The notes beneath the pieces are model-generated. The model saw nothing but the letters and a program-made list of their open reading frames with translations. It ran no database searches and was not told the DNA's origin. A DNA stretch of 64,000 nucleotides from Arcobacteraceae bacterium (GTDB lineage Bacteria; Campylobacterota; Campylobacteria; Campylobacterales; Arcobacteraceae), in NCBI GenBank assembly GCA_963662945.1, contig OY759974.1:992001-1056000 (forward strand), read 5' to 3'. This document shows positions 10,650 to 20,386 of this stretch, piece after piece. Every line of letters begins with the position of its first letter. Position 1 is the stretch's first letter. The translations under genes and the position numbers were made by a program.

Positions 10650-11745
10650 AGCTTATATAACAAATACAGCTTTAATTTGTTGTTCTGGAGAAAATGAAGA
10701 GCAATTATTTCACAATATTTGTACTGGGAATAGTTTTATAAAAACTGATACAGACTATTTTCAAAATATACCAGCTGCAATTGGGAAAATCTCTTCTGAA
10801 CAAACTTTTTTTAATAATCTTCTTCTTAAATGTGAAGAAATTTTAAATAATAGTAACCTACAAAACTTTGAAGATACGCTTCTTATTATTGGTTCATCTG
10901 TAGGTGGAATAGCTATAACTGAAGAGAGTTATTTAAAAAATGGCAACTATTCACAAATAGACCCAAACTATCATAATATCCATACAATACAAACTATACT
11001 TGAAAAAAAATTTAAATTTTCCGATGGGGTTTCTTTTTCTACAGCTTGTACTTCAAGTGCAAATGCTTTAGGATATGCATATGAAGTTATTACAAAAGGT
11101 TTATATCAAAATGTACTAGTACTTGGTGTTGATCAGTTATCTCAAACTACTGTTGGGGGTTTTTTATCTTTGGGTGTTCTTTCAAGTGAACCTTGTAAAC
11201 CTTTTGATATAAATAGAGATGGAATGAATGTGGCAGAAGCAATCGCTTGTCTTTTAATTCAATCAAAACCAAATAACAACAGTATTGAGATTTGTGGAGT
11301 GGGATATAGTTCTGATGCTTACCATATGACACATCCTCATCCTGATGGATTAGGAGCAAAAAGTGCGATGGAAAAAGCACTATCACAAGCGAATATATCT
11401 GAAAAAAATATTGACTATATTAATGCTCATGGAACAGGTACTGGAGCAAATGACTCTGCTGAAGCAAATGCAATTGCAAATTTATTTACAAATGCCCCTT
11501 ATGTTAGTTCTACAAAATCTATAACGGGTCATACTCTAGGAGCTGCTGGTGCTTTAGAAGCGATTATTTGTAAATTAGTCATAAACAATCAAACTATACC
11601 AACAAGTACAAACTTAACAAACATTGAGAATGAGCAAATTAATCTAACAATGCAAAATATAGAAAAAGAGATTAATTATGTAATAAGTAACTCTTTTGCA
11701 TTTGGTGGTAATAACTGTAGTTTAGTATTTGGGAAAGTACAATGA
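10633..11745 (+). CDS. Beta-ketoacyl-ACP synthase 1 (FabB/F-type, aryl-polyene KS)
   Basis: STACTSSAN, YINAHGTGT, KSITGHTLGAAG (Cys-His-His triad), SNSFAFGGNN. Confidence 0.92.
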   Translation: MTIKNKAYITNTALICCSGENEEQLFHNICTGNSFIKTDTDYFQNIPAAIGKISSEQTFFNNLLLKCEEILNNSNLQNFEDTLLIIGSSVGGIAITEESYLKNGNYSQIDPNYHNIHTIQTILEKKFKFSDGVSFSTACTSSANALGYAYEVITKGLYQNVLVLGVDQLSQTTVGGFLSLGVLSSEPCKPFDINRDGMNVAEAIACLLIQSKPNNNSIEICGVGYSSDAYHMTHPHPDGLGAKSAMEKALSQANISEKNIDYINAHGTGTGANDSAEANAIANLFTNAPYVSSTKSITGHTLGAAGALEAIICKLVINNQTIPTSTNLTNIENEQINLTMQNIEKEINYVISNSFAFGGNNCSLVFGKVQ

Positions 11746-12386
11746 TAAATTTAGAAATTATAGATGCTGCCTTCATATATGATTCAAAAGAAATAGAAAA
11801 CCTTCAAACCAAAGAATTAGTTCCAAAAATGGTAACAAGAAGAAGATTAACAAGAGCAGCTAAAATTGCCATCTATTTAGCGAATGCTGTTAACTTTACA
11901 ACAGGACGAATAGTATATGGAAGTAGTTTTGGTGAGATTCCTGCTACTGCTAGTATATTAAAAAGTATTAAAGATAAAGAGACTATAAGTCCAACAGATT
12001 TTCAAAATTCTGTTTATAATACAGCTGCATCTTATCTTTCAATGCTATATGGAAATCAAAGTGAGATAATGACTCTCTCTAGTGGAGATAATACCTCTAA
12101 AAGTTTACTAAAAATGGGAGCTGTAAAAGCATTAGATGGAGATGAAATTCTACTTATTGCTACTGAGACACTTAATATTCCACATATTGAAGAAGTTAAT
12201 AAGTGTATAGACTACTTAGAATGTGGTGTTGCCTTGAAAATAAAAGTAACTCAACTGTCACCAAATTTTGATACTATAAATAATGATAATGATTTTTTAA
12301 AAGTTCCAAATTCATTAAAAGAGTTATTTAACATTGCAAAACAATTTAAAGAAACCGAGCAAAATATACTTGAGATTACAATATGA
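11742..12386 (+). CDS. Ketosynthase chain-length factor 1 (ApeC-like)
   Basis: TRRRLTRAAKIA, ISPTDFQNSVYNTAASYLS; truncated KS fold without catalytic triad; coupled to KS1. Confidence 0.82.
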   Translation: MINLEIIDAAFIYDSKEIENLQTKELVPKMVTRRRLTRAAKIAIYLANAVNFTTGRIVYGSSFGEIPATASILKSIKDKETISPTDFQNSVYNTAASYLSMLYGNQSEIMTLSSGDNTSKSLLKMGAVKALDGDEILLIATETLNIPHIEEVNKCIDYLECGVALKIKVTQLSPNFDTINNDNDFLKVPNSLKELFNIAKQFKETEQNILEITI

Positions 12387-12742
12387 AATTACCCCATTTA
12401 GAACCTTTAATATTTGCTAAAAAAATTGTAGAAAAGAATGAAAATAATACTATAGTATTATGTGAATTTCAAGAGATACCAACATTTACAACTTTTATCG
12501 AAGCTGCTGCTCAATCAAGTTCATCATTTGTTGACCAAGAGAAACCAAAACTAGGTTTTTTAGCTACAGTAAAAAATATTGAACAACATAAAGAATTTGA
12601 CCAATTACAATATCATATACATTTAAAACTTGAAGCTCAAATTGCTGAATTTAAACAATTTTATTTTGAAGTTTTTAAGCTTAATAACAATACAGAAGCA
12701 TACATCTCTGGTAACTTCAGTGTTATTATCAAAGAAGCATAA
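12383..12742 (+). CDS. Hot-dog dehydratase subunit (ApeP-like)
   Basis: LPHLEP...FIEAAAQS...LGFL motif. Confidence 0.7.
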   Translation: MKLPHLEPLIFAKKIVEKNENNTIVLCEFQEIPTFTTFIEAAAQSSSSFVDQEKPKLGFLATVKNIEQHKEFDQLQYHIHLKLEAQIAEFKQFYFEVFKLNNNTEAYISGNFSVIIKEA

Positions 12743-12755
12743 AGGATAGATACAC

Positions 12756-13070
12756 TTGCTAAAAGATTTATTTACTATAGTACAAAATACAGATACACAA
12801 ATAATTGTGAAACTAAGTGATGAAAATCATCCTATATTTAAAGCACATTTTCCAAACTATCCAATACTTCCAGGTTTTTTACTGATTGAAATTGTAGTCA
12901 ATGTATTAGAGGATACTATAAAAAAAATTCATTCTGCAAAATTTATAGCTCATACCTTACCTAATGATACTATTATTTATAATATCAATAAAGATGCCTT
13001 AAAAACTAAAATCAAAATTGTAAAAGATGATGAACAAAATAGTAAAATTGCAGAGATAATCTATGAGTAA
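12756..13070 (+). CDS. FabA/FabZ-like dehydratase (ApeI-like)
   Basis: HPIFKAHFPNYPILPGFLLIE. Confidence 0.82.
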   Translation: MLKDLFTIVQNTDTQIIVKLSDENHPIFKAHFPNYPILPGFLLIEIVVNVLEDTIKKIHSAKFIAHTLPNDTIIYNINKDALKTKIKIVKDDEQNSKIAEIIYE

Positions 13071-13758
13071 ACAAGACACAATAGTAGTAGTACCTACATA
13101 TAATAACCCTAAAACTATAAAACAAGTGGTTGATGATATTTTAAATAATCATTATGAAGTAATAGTAGTTGATGATGGTTCTCTAAATAGTGTAGAAAAT
13201 ATTTTATCTGATGAAAAATATAAAAATGTTCATATTGAAACACATTCTGTCAACATAGGGAAAGGTCAAGCAATACTTACTGGTGCAAAAAAAGCGAAAC
13301 AATTAGGATATAAAAATATTGTTAGCATGGATGGTGATGGTCAGCACTTAGCAAGTGAAGTTATAAAACTTATAGAAACAAATACAATTGAAAATCAAAT
13401 CGTCATAGGCTCAAGAAATTTTAATATAGATAACATTCCAAAAAAATCTAAAATCGGAAGAGCCTTTCATAACTTTTGGATTAAATTAAATAGTGGATTT
13501 AATATTGAAGATTCATTAAGTGGTTTTAGACTTTATCCTGTTTCAATTATAGATTTAGGAACTAAAAAAGTGGGTTTTAGTTTTGAAATAGAAGTTTTAG
13601 TCAAACATCTTTGGAAATATCAACATATGACACAAGCTACAATTGAATGTTTTTATCCAAAACCAGAAGATAGGGTAAGTCATTTTGATAACTATAAAGA
13701 TACTCTTAGATTTATCCTCTTACATTTACAATTATTTTTTTTAAAATTTTTAAAATAA
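13063..13758 (+). CDS. Glycosyltransferase family 2 (DPM1-like)
   Basis: VVVPTYN, VVDDGS, NIGKGQA, MDGDGQH, DSLSGFRLYP, RVSHF. Confidence 0.9.
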   Translation: MSKQDTIVVVPTYNNPKTIKQVVDDILNNHYEVIVVDDGSLNSVENILSDEKYKNVHIETHSVNIGKGQAILTGAKKAKQLGYKNIVSMDGDGQHLASEVIKLIETNTIENQIVIGSRNFNIDNIPKKSKIGRAFHNFWIKLNSGFNIEDSLSGFRLYPVSIIDLGTKKVGFSFEIEVLVKHLWKYQHMTQATIECFYPKPEDRVSHFDNYKDTLRFILLHLQLFFLKFLK

Positions 13759-13837
13759 AATTAATTATTTTTATTAAAACATAAAAATAATTCAAGTATC
13801 ATATGTTCTCATAAAATTAAACTTCAAGGACTCAGTA

Positions 13838-14797
13838 ATGAAAAATATTTTTAAGTATATTGGTACTGCATTATTTGTATTGATATTAACAGGATGTGGT
13901 GGTACAGCTATTTACAATATTGACAATAGTAATACAATAGCAGGTAAAACTTCAATGAAACAAATTGAAACTGCTATTAAAAAAGGTGCTTTAAGAAAAA
14001 ATTGGTCTGTTAAAAAGGAAAAAGAGGGGTTACTTACAGCTACAGTTAACGTAAGAGGAAAACATATTGCTGTTGTTTCAATCTCATACGATACAAAAGG
14101 TTATAAAATTGATTATAAAGACAGTCAAGGTTTAGATTATGATGCATCTTCTAATACTATCCACAAAAATTATAATAAATGGATATCTAACTTAGAAAGA
14201 AATATCAACTATGAATTAGCACAAATAGGTTTACAGCAAACTAGTTCAGCTATTCAAACAACAAATCCTACATCACAACCCGTTGCAACAAAACCTGCAA
14301 CTGTTACAACTACAAATGTAAAAAAGGCTGGTGATTTAAGTCTTGGGGGTAAAACAGTATATATTAAAAGTGTTATCCCTTATGCCCCTACAGCACCTGT
14401 TGCTCCAAACATCAAAGCAGAATGTATTATAGATCAACAACTCAGTGAGTTTATAGTTAAATCAGCACAAGCAAGTGGTCTAAATGTGGTGGTAAAAAAT
14501 GATATTGGGAAAAATGATATAGAACTAAAAGTTGAAATTGCTGATGCAGTAAGTCAAGGTGGTGCATTTAGAGGACATAATAAATATGTTGCAATCAATG
14601 GTGCTTTAGTTCAAGGAGATAAACAATTTCAATCTTTCAAAGCAGCTAGAATTTCTGGTGGAGGTTTCTGGGGTGCATACAAAAGTTCTTGTGCTGTGTT
14701 AGGAAGAACAGTAGAGGCATTAGGTAAAGATGTTGGTGTATGGTTATCAAGTCCTATTGATGGTGCTAGACTTGGCGATACTTACCTCATAAGATAA
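13838..14797 (+). CDS. Two-domain lipoprotein of unknown function
   Basis: Lipobox LTGC; N-domain ending IHKNYNKWISNL, T/P/Q-rich linker, C-domain with GGGFWGAYKSSCAVLGR. Confidence 0.75.
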   Translation: MKNIFKYIGTALFVLILTGCGGTAIYNIDNSNTIAGKTSMKQIETAIKKGALRKNWSVKKEKEGLLTATVNVRGKHIAVVSISYDTKGYKIDYKDSQGLDYDASSNTIHKNYNKWISNLERNINYELAQIGLQQTSSAIQTTNPTSQPVATKPATVTTTNVKKAGDLSLGGKTVYIKSVIPYAPTAPVAPNIKAECIIDQQLSEFIVKSAQASGLNVVVKNDIGKNDIELKVEIADAVSQGGAFRGHNKYVAINGALVQGDKQFQSFKAARISGGGFWGAYKSSCAVLGRTVEALGKDVGVWLSSPIDGARLGDTYLIR

Positions 14798-14801
14798 TAA
14801 A

Positions 14802-15413
14802 ATGAAAAATTTAATAACTATCTTCTTCTTAAGTATATTTACTTTTATATTCAGTGGTTGTAACAATGATAAGTTACAATTAGATAATTCCCAAATGAAA
14901 ACGACATATTACACACAAGTTAATATGTGGTATCATAAAAAAGTTACACAAACAGACCCTACAAATGATGGATTAACACACTCAAAAGGGGAATATGCTG
15001 AATATACAATTTATTCAACTAATTATAACAATGGTACATTACTTCCTTTAAATTCTGAAGTAACAATAACATATCTTGATAGAAATATTATTTTCTTTGA
15101 ATATAACAATAAAGTTTTTGCACTCAAAAGAACAAATCATAGTAAACATATTAGTTTAGAGGGGATATTTAAAAGAACTTTTGCAACTCAAAAAATCTCT
15201 TTAGAAAAATATGATGCATTGACACAACACAGTATTCTTAACGCAGAGGTAAAACAAGATATGTCAAAAGATGCAATTATCTTATCAAGAGGATACCCAC
15301 CTGAGCACAGAACTCGAACACTAGATGCCAACACATGGTACTATTGGTCAAGTACACATAATAAACAAGCTTTATCTTTTAAAGATAATAAACTTGAATC
15401 AATTAGAGATTAA
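14802..15413 (+). CDS. Lipoprotein of unknown function (C-terminal BamE/SmpA-like motif)
   Basis: Lipobox FSGC; DMSKDAIILSRGYPPEHRT...WYYW. Confidence 0.7.
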   Translation: MKNLITIFFLSIFTFIFSGCNNDKLQLDNSQMKTTYYTQVNMWYHKKVTQTDPTNDGLTHSKGEYAEYTIYSTNYNNGTLLPLNSEVTITYLDRNIIFFEYNNKVFALKRTNHSKHISLEGIFKRTFATQKISLEKYDALTQHSILNAEVKQDMSKDAIILSRGYPPEHRTRTLDANTWYYWSSTHNKQALSFKDNKLESIRD

Positions 15414-15433
15414 AACTTTTAAAGTTTTAATCT
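15407..15433. terminator. Probable bidirectional terminator between convergent genes
   Basis: Perfect 13-bp inverted repeat agattaaaacttt-t-aaagttttaatct between the two stop codons. Confidence 0.55.
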
Positions 15434-15434
15434 T

Positions 15435-16649
15435 TTATGAACACAAACTTACAAGAGTGTCAATTTTTTCTTTTGTATTTGTTGTAAAATAATTATCTTC
15501 ATCCCAAACATACCCAGAAAGAATCGAAGCGATAGATTTCTTAATTGTTTCAGCTTTTTTAGGACAGTAAAAAATTTTTCTTAATTTTCCTTCATACCAA
15601 GCATATACAAACTCTCTAAATACATTAATACCTATCATCATATACTCTTCGTAATCTTTTTCCCAATCTGGATTTTCACCTTTAAGTTCTTTGATAATCA
15701 TATCCGCAACTCTGTCTGAAGATTCTAAAGCAAGTGTAACACCTGAAGAAAAAACTGGATCTAGAAACTCTGTTGCATTTCCACTAAGTGCAAAACCTTT
15801 CCCATACATTTTTTTAATCGCTGATGAATACCCTTCTATAATTCCAACAGGCTGTAATTTTACTGCATTTTCTAATTTTTCTTTTAAATATGGATGTGTA
15901 TCAACAACTTTATCAAAAAAATCTTCTAAAGAGAGTTGTGTATTTTTAAAATATGATTCTTCACATACAATTCCCATAGAAGTTGTACCATCACTAAAAG
16001 GTATTATCCAAAGCCAAGCTTGATTGTCATCATGAATTACTATGTCTATAAATCCCTCTTTTTCTTCTTCTCTTCTTTTTTCACCTTTTATTCGAGTAAA
16101 GATTGCATTTCTGAGTTTTAAATCTGAAGGGATATCTAAATTTAATAATTTTGGTAATACTCTTCCATAACCAGAAGCATCTAAAACAAATTTTGCTTTA
16201 AAAGTATGTAAAATATTTGTGTCATCTACTGCTGTAATAATATTTGCATTATTGTCATAATCAGTTACTGTATATTTATGAAGTACAACTGCACCAAGTT
16301 TTTTTGCAGTTTCTAAAAGTACGTTATCAAATTCTTCTCTTTTAACTTGAAAGCTTGTTCCCCATTTTTGTCCAAGATTCTTAGTAAAATCAATTACTTC
16401 TTCCCTTTTTTCTTCATCAATAAAAATAGCCCCTCCCTTTACAATATAACCTTGTTCTTTTATAATATCAATTAAACCATTTTTATCTAAAAGTTCATTA
16501 CATCTAGGTAGTAATGATTCTCCAATAACAAATCTTGGAAACTCTAACCTTTCAAGTATAGTTACACTATATCCTGCTTTTAAAAGTTTACATGCTGCAA
16601 GTGAACCACTTGGACCTCCACCAATTATAACTACATCAGTATTTACCAT
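15435..16649 (-). CDS. FAD-dependent halogenase-like oxidoreductase
   Basis: GGGPSG FAD motif, FPRFVIGESLLP, WLWIIP (WxWxIP), GNATEFLDPVFSSGV; ATG at 16649 has an AGGAG RBS (ORF track starts at 16682). Confidence 0.85.
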   Translation of the reverse strand: MVNTDVVIIGGGPSGSLAACKLLKAGYSVTILERLEFPRFVIGESLLPRCNELLDKNGLIDIIKEQGYIVKGGAIFIDEEKREEVIDFTKNLGQKWGTSFQVKREEFDNVLLETAKKLGAVVLHKYTVTDYDNNANIITAVDDTNILHTFKAKFVLDASGYGRVLPKLLNLDIPSDLKLRNAIFTRIKGEKRREEEKEGFIDIVIHDDNQAWLWIIPFSDGTTSMGIVCEESYFKNTQLSLEDFFDKVVDTHPYLKEKLENAVKLQPVGIIEGYSSAIKKMYGKGFALSGNATEFLDPVFSSGVTLALESSDRVADMIIKELKGENPDWEKDYEEYMMIGINVFREFVYAWYEGKLRKIFYCPKKAETIKKSIASILSGYVWDEDNYFTTNTKEKIDTLVSLCS

Positions 16650-16751
16650 TATTTCTCCTAAATTAAAGCATAATCTTATCATATAATTAGTTAACTTTAG
16701 TTATAATTTAGATTATTAAAATTAATATATTATATATAGGAAAAGTTCTTT

Positions 16752-17618
16752 ATGGCTCAGAAACAAAGAGTTGGTGGTGTTATTGTAAAAACTCTTTATA
16801 AATTATACAAACTTTTTGGATATAAATTTGTCTATTATAGTTTGCACTTGGTAGTTTTATACTATTTTTTATTTGCCAGAAATGTACGAGACTCTTTAAA
16901 GATATATTATAAACATCTCAATATACCTTTTTCAAATAAATTATATTTTCAGCATCTATTGCACTATGCTATTGCAACTTCAGATAGATTTATATCTAAA
17001 TCTGACCCAGAGTTATATCAATTTGAAAATAAAAAAAGAGAAACTCTTCTAAAAGAGATAAAAAGTGGTTCAATAATACTTGCAAATCATTTTGGAGGTT
17101 GGGCAACTTCAACAAATTATTTTCGAGATAATGAAACTAGTATTCATGTTGTTATGAGTGAAGCAATGTTAAACAGTGCCAAAGAGTTTGAAGATATTAT
17201 TGATAGAAAGCATACAAAAAATATTAATATCATAGATCTTTCAAAAGGTTTAATTCATGCATATATAACTATTGCAAATGCTCTTTTAGACAATGAATCA
17301 GTAGCACTTATGGGTGATAGAACTTTAGATTCAAAACATAATTACCAAGTGAAGTTTTTTGGAGAACAAGCGAATTTCAATAAAAATCCATTTGTTATAG
17401 CATATAAAACACAAAAACCTATTATCTTAATTTTTGTAATTTATAAAGAATTACTCAAATATGAGGTAAAATTTCACAAAATAGAACTAGACTACAATCT
17501 TGCGCTAGAAGAAGCAATCGATCAAAGTATAAAACAATACGTAGAATACTTATCAAATACCTTGATCCAATACCCTACTCAGTGGTTCAATTTTTACAAT
17601 TTTTGGGAGAATAAATAA
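16752..17618 (+). CDS. LpxL/LPLAT-family acyltransferase (ApeJ C-terminal-like)
   Basis: ANHFGGW, VALMGDR, VKFFGE, C-terminal PTQWFNFYNFW. Confidence 0.82.
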   Translation: MAQKQRVGGVIVKTLYKLYKLFGYKFVYYSLHLVVLYYFLFARNVRDSLKIYYKHLNIPFSNKLYFQHLLHYAIATSDRFISKSDPELYQFENKKRETLLKEIKSGSIILANHFGGWATSTNYFRDNETSIHVVMSEAMLNSAKEFEDIIDRKHTKNINIIDLSKGLIHAYITIANALLDNESVALMGDRTLDSKHNYQVKFFGEQANFNKNPFVIAYKTQKPIILIFVIYKELLKYEVKFHKIELDYNLALEEAIDQSIKQYVEYLSNTLIQYPTQWFNFYNFWENK

Positions 17619-17621
17619 TAT

Positions 17622-19142
17622 ATGAAATTAACAATAGATAAAAGAACGATATCTTTAGAAGAGATTACAAAAGCTACAAATATAGAAATTTCAAAAGATG
17701 AAAATTTTATAACTTTTATGAATCACACACATGATTTTATGATGAATACAATTAAAGCTGGTAAACCAATATATGGTATTACTACAGGATATGGTGCAAG
17801 TGGTAAAAACTATGTTAGTTATGATGATGCAGCAACATTACAAACAAATTTATTTCGTTTTCATGGGTGTGGTATAGGTGCAAACTTAAATTATGAAGTA
17901 TGTAGATATGCAGTTATTTGTAGAACTATCTCTTTAAGTAAAGCTCGATCTGGAGTTTCTATGAATCTTTTACATAGATTAGAGATGCTTATCCAAAAAG
18001 ATATTATTCCTGTAATACCTTCTCAAGGGAGCGTTGGTGCAAGTGGAGATTTAACACCACTTTCATATATCGCAGCAGTTATTGCAGGGGAAAGAGAAGT
18101 ATATTATAAAGGTGAGATAAGAGATGTAATGGAAGTTTACAATGAACTGAGTATCACACCATATAAATTTGAACCAAAAGAAGCCTTAGCTATCATGAAT
18201 GGTACTACAATTATGAGTGCAATTGCCCTAAAAGCTATTGAAGAGTTTGAAGTTATTGTAGATTCTATGGAATCTTATGTATCTGGGATGTTTGAAGTAC
18301 TTTTGGGAGATGATACTCCAGTTGCAGATTTTGTACATGATTCAAAACCATTTAGCGGACAAATAAAAGCTGCCAAAAATATTCAAACAAAAATTGCAGG
18401 TTCTAAACTTACTCATGGAAGAGATGATAGATATGATAAGTTTTTTGCAGACAATGACTTAAATATTCAAGATACATATTCTATGCGATGTGCACCACAA
18501 GTTTTAGGGGTGATTAGAGACAATCTAGAAATATCTAAAAACTGGGTGGAAACAGAGATAAACAGTGTAAATGATAATCCACTAATAGATGGAGAAAATC
18601 AAAAAATATATACCTCAGGAAACTTTTATGGTGGGTATGTAGCTCATGCTATGGATACACTTAAAATTTGTGCTGCAAATTTAGCTGACTTGTTAGATAA
18701 AGAGTTTGCACTTTTAGTTGATCATAAATTCAACCGTGGTTTAGGGGAAAATTTAAAACTTTCAAATGAACCATTTTTTCATGGGTTTAAAGCTATGCAA
18801 ATTAGTCTTAGTTCATTGAGTGCTGATGTTATCAAAAATACAACAGCAGCTTCAATTCACTCAAGACCAACAGAATCACTTAATCAAGATAAAGTATCTA
18901 TGGGGACAACTGCTGCAAATGATTTTGCTAAAATGATTCCAGAACTTCATAATATGCTTTCAATTGCCTTTATAGGTATGGCTCAGGCCGTTGATATAAG
19001 AGGAGTAAGTGAAGTATCACCACATCTTGCAAATATATATAAGGAAATAAGAACCATTGTAAAACCTCTTTATGAAGATAGAAGAATGGATATTGATATT
19101 AAAAATATTAAAAAAATTCTCCAAGAAGCGAAATTTATCTAA
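17622..19142 (+). CDS. MIO-dependent aromatic amino acid ammonia-lyase (HAL/PAL/TAL family)
   Basis: IYGITTGYG, GSVGASGDLTPLS (ASG, MIO), KEALAIMNGT, QDTYSMRCAPQVLG, NDNP, NQDKVSMG. Confidence 0.93.
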   Translation: MKLTIDKRTISLEEITKATNIEISKDENFITFMNHTHDFMMNTIKAGKPIYGITTGYGASGKNYVSYDDAATLQTNLFRFHGCGIGANLNYEVCRYAVICRTISLSKARSGVSMNLLHRLEMLIQKDIIPVIPSQGSVGASGDLTPLSYIAAVIAGEREVYYKGEIRDVMEVYNELSITPYKFEPKEALAIMNGTTIMSAIALKAIEEFEVIVDSMESYVSGMFEVLLGDDTPVADFVHDSKPFSGQIKAAKNIQTKIAGSKLTHGRDDRYDKFFADNDLNIQDTYSMRCAPQVLGVIRDNLEISKNWVETEINSVNDNPLIDGENQKIYTSGNFYGGYVAHAMDTLKICAANLADLLDKEFALLVDHKFNRGLGENLKLSNEPFFHGFKAMQISLSSLSADVIKNTTAASIHSRPTESLNQDKVSMGTTAANDFAKMIPELHNMLSIAFIGMAQAVDIRGVSEVSPHLANIYKEIRTIVKPLYEDRRMDIDIKNIKKILQEAKFI

Positions 19143-19152
19143 GAAGTAAAAA

Positions 19153-19857
19153 ATGGAATTAAAAAAAGTATTAGTAACAGGTGCAACAGGAAGTATTGGA
19201 GAATCGATAGTAAAAGAGTTTGCTAAAAATGGTTATTTTGTCTATATTCACTATAACTCAAATAAAGAAAAAGCACTCAAAATTCTTGAAGATATAGAAA
19301 GTTGTGGGGAACTAATCACTTTTAATATCAAAGATAAAAACTCTATAAGAGAAGCTTTAGAGGGTATAAGTGTTGATGTACTTATAAACAATGCTGGAAT
19401 TATCAAAGATAATCTTTTTTTCTTTATGGAAGATGCTGAGTTTGAAGATGTGATTGATACAAACTTAAAAGGGTTGTATTATGTGACAAAAACTCTTTCA
19501 AAAAATATGATGATGAACAAAAATGGAAGTATCGTAAATATGGCTTCCATCTCTGGACTTATAGGTAACAGTGGTCAAGCCAATTATTCAGCTTCTAAAG
19601 GTGGTATTGTAGCCCTAACAAAAACTTTGGCTATAGAACTTGGAAGATATAAAATTAGAGTCAATACAATTGCTCCAGGTATCATCGAGTCAGAGATGAT
19701 AGAAAATATTCCAAATGTAAAAGAGATGAAAAAAGCAATACCTCTTAATAGATTTGGAAAACCAGAAGAGGTAGCAAAAGCAACTTATTTTATGGCTGTT
19801 GATGCTACATTTGTCACAGGAGAGACACTTAATATCAGTGGTGGTATGGTTCGATAA
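19153..19857 (+). CDS. fabG: 3-oxoacyl-ACP reductase (ApeQ-like)
   Basis: TGATGSIG, NNAGI, GQANYSASK (YxxxK), IAPGII. Confidence 0.9.
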   Translation: MELKKVLVTGATGSIGESIVKEFAKNGYFVYIHYNSNKEKALKILEDIESCGELITFNIKDKNSIREALEGISVDVLINNAGIIKDNLFFFMEDAEFEDVIDTNLKGLYYVTKTLSKNMMMNKNGSIVNMASISGLIGNSGQANYSASKGGIVALTKTLAIELGRYKIRVNTIAPGIIESEMIENIPNVKEMKKAIPLNRFGKPEEVAKATYFMAVDATFVTGETLNISGGMVR

Positions 19858-19859
19858 AG

Positions 19860-20384
19860 ATGCATATATTATTTTCGCTTCTTTATGCACCTTTTGTTTT
19901 TTTATCTTTACGATATTTTAATTTAAAAGTTGTTTCAATTATCATTTTTATAATCTCTTTAGGGTGGTTTTTATTAGTATTTAAAAAAGGTTTTAAAGAG
20001 ATACTTTTCCCTAGTTTTTATCTTGGAGTTTCATTTTGTGCTTTTGTATTTAATGATTTTATTCTCTTAAAAAGTTTACCTCTTATTCTTTCTATCCTTG
20101 TAAGCCTCTATTTTTTTTACAGTTACTTTACAAAAAACTCTTTTATTTTGCATTTATTAAACAAATTAAAAAAAGAGATAGATGAAGAGGAAAAAAACTA
20201 TATACAAAAAGCAACACTATTTTGGGCTTTGGTGTCTATTGTAAATATCGCTTTACACCTCTTTGTTTTATATAATGATAATATAAATTATTGGATAATA
20301 TACACTTCTATTGGATGGTATTTTGTATTTGGAGTAGCATTTGTAATACAGATGATACATAAAAAAATATATTTAAAAAAATAA
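19860..20384 (+). CDS. Multi-pass membrane protein (ApeG/COG4648-like)
   Basis: Hydrophobic throughout; LLYAPFV, YIQKATLFW, WIIYTSIGWY pattern; position within the APE block. Confidence 0.6.
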   Translation: MHILFSLLYAPFVFLSLRYFNLKVVSIIIFIISLGWFLLVFKKGFKEILFPSFYLGVSFCAFVFNDFILLKSLPLILSILVSLYFFYSYFTKNSFILHLLNKLKKEIDEEEKNYIQKATLFWALVSIVNIALHLFVLYNDNINYWIIYTSIGWYFVFGVAFVIQMIHKKIYLKK

Positions 20385-20386
20385 TC

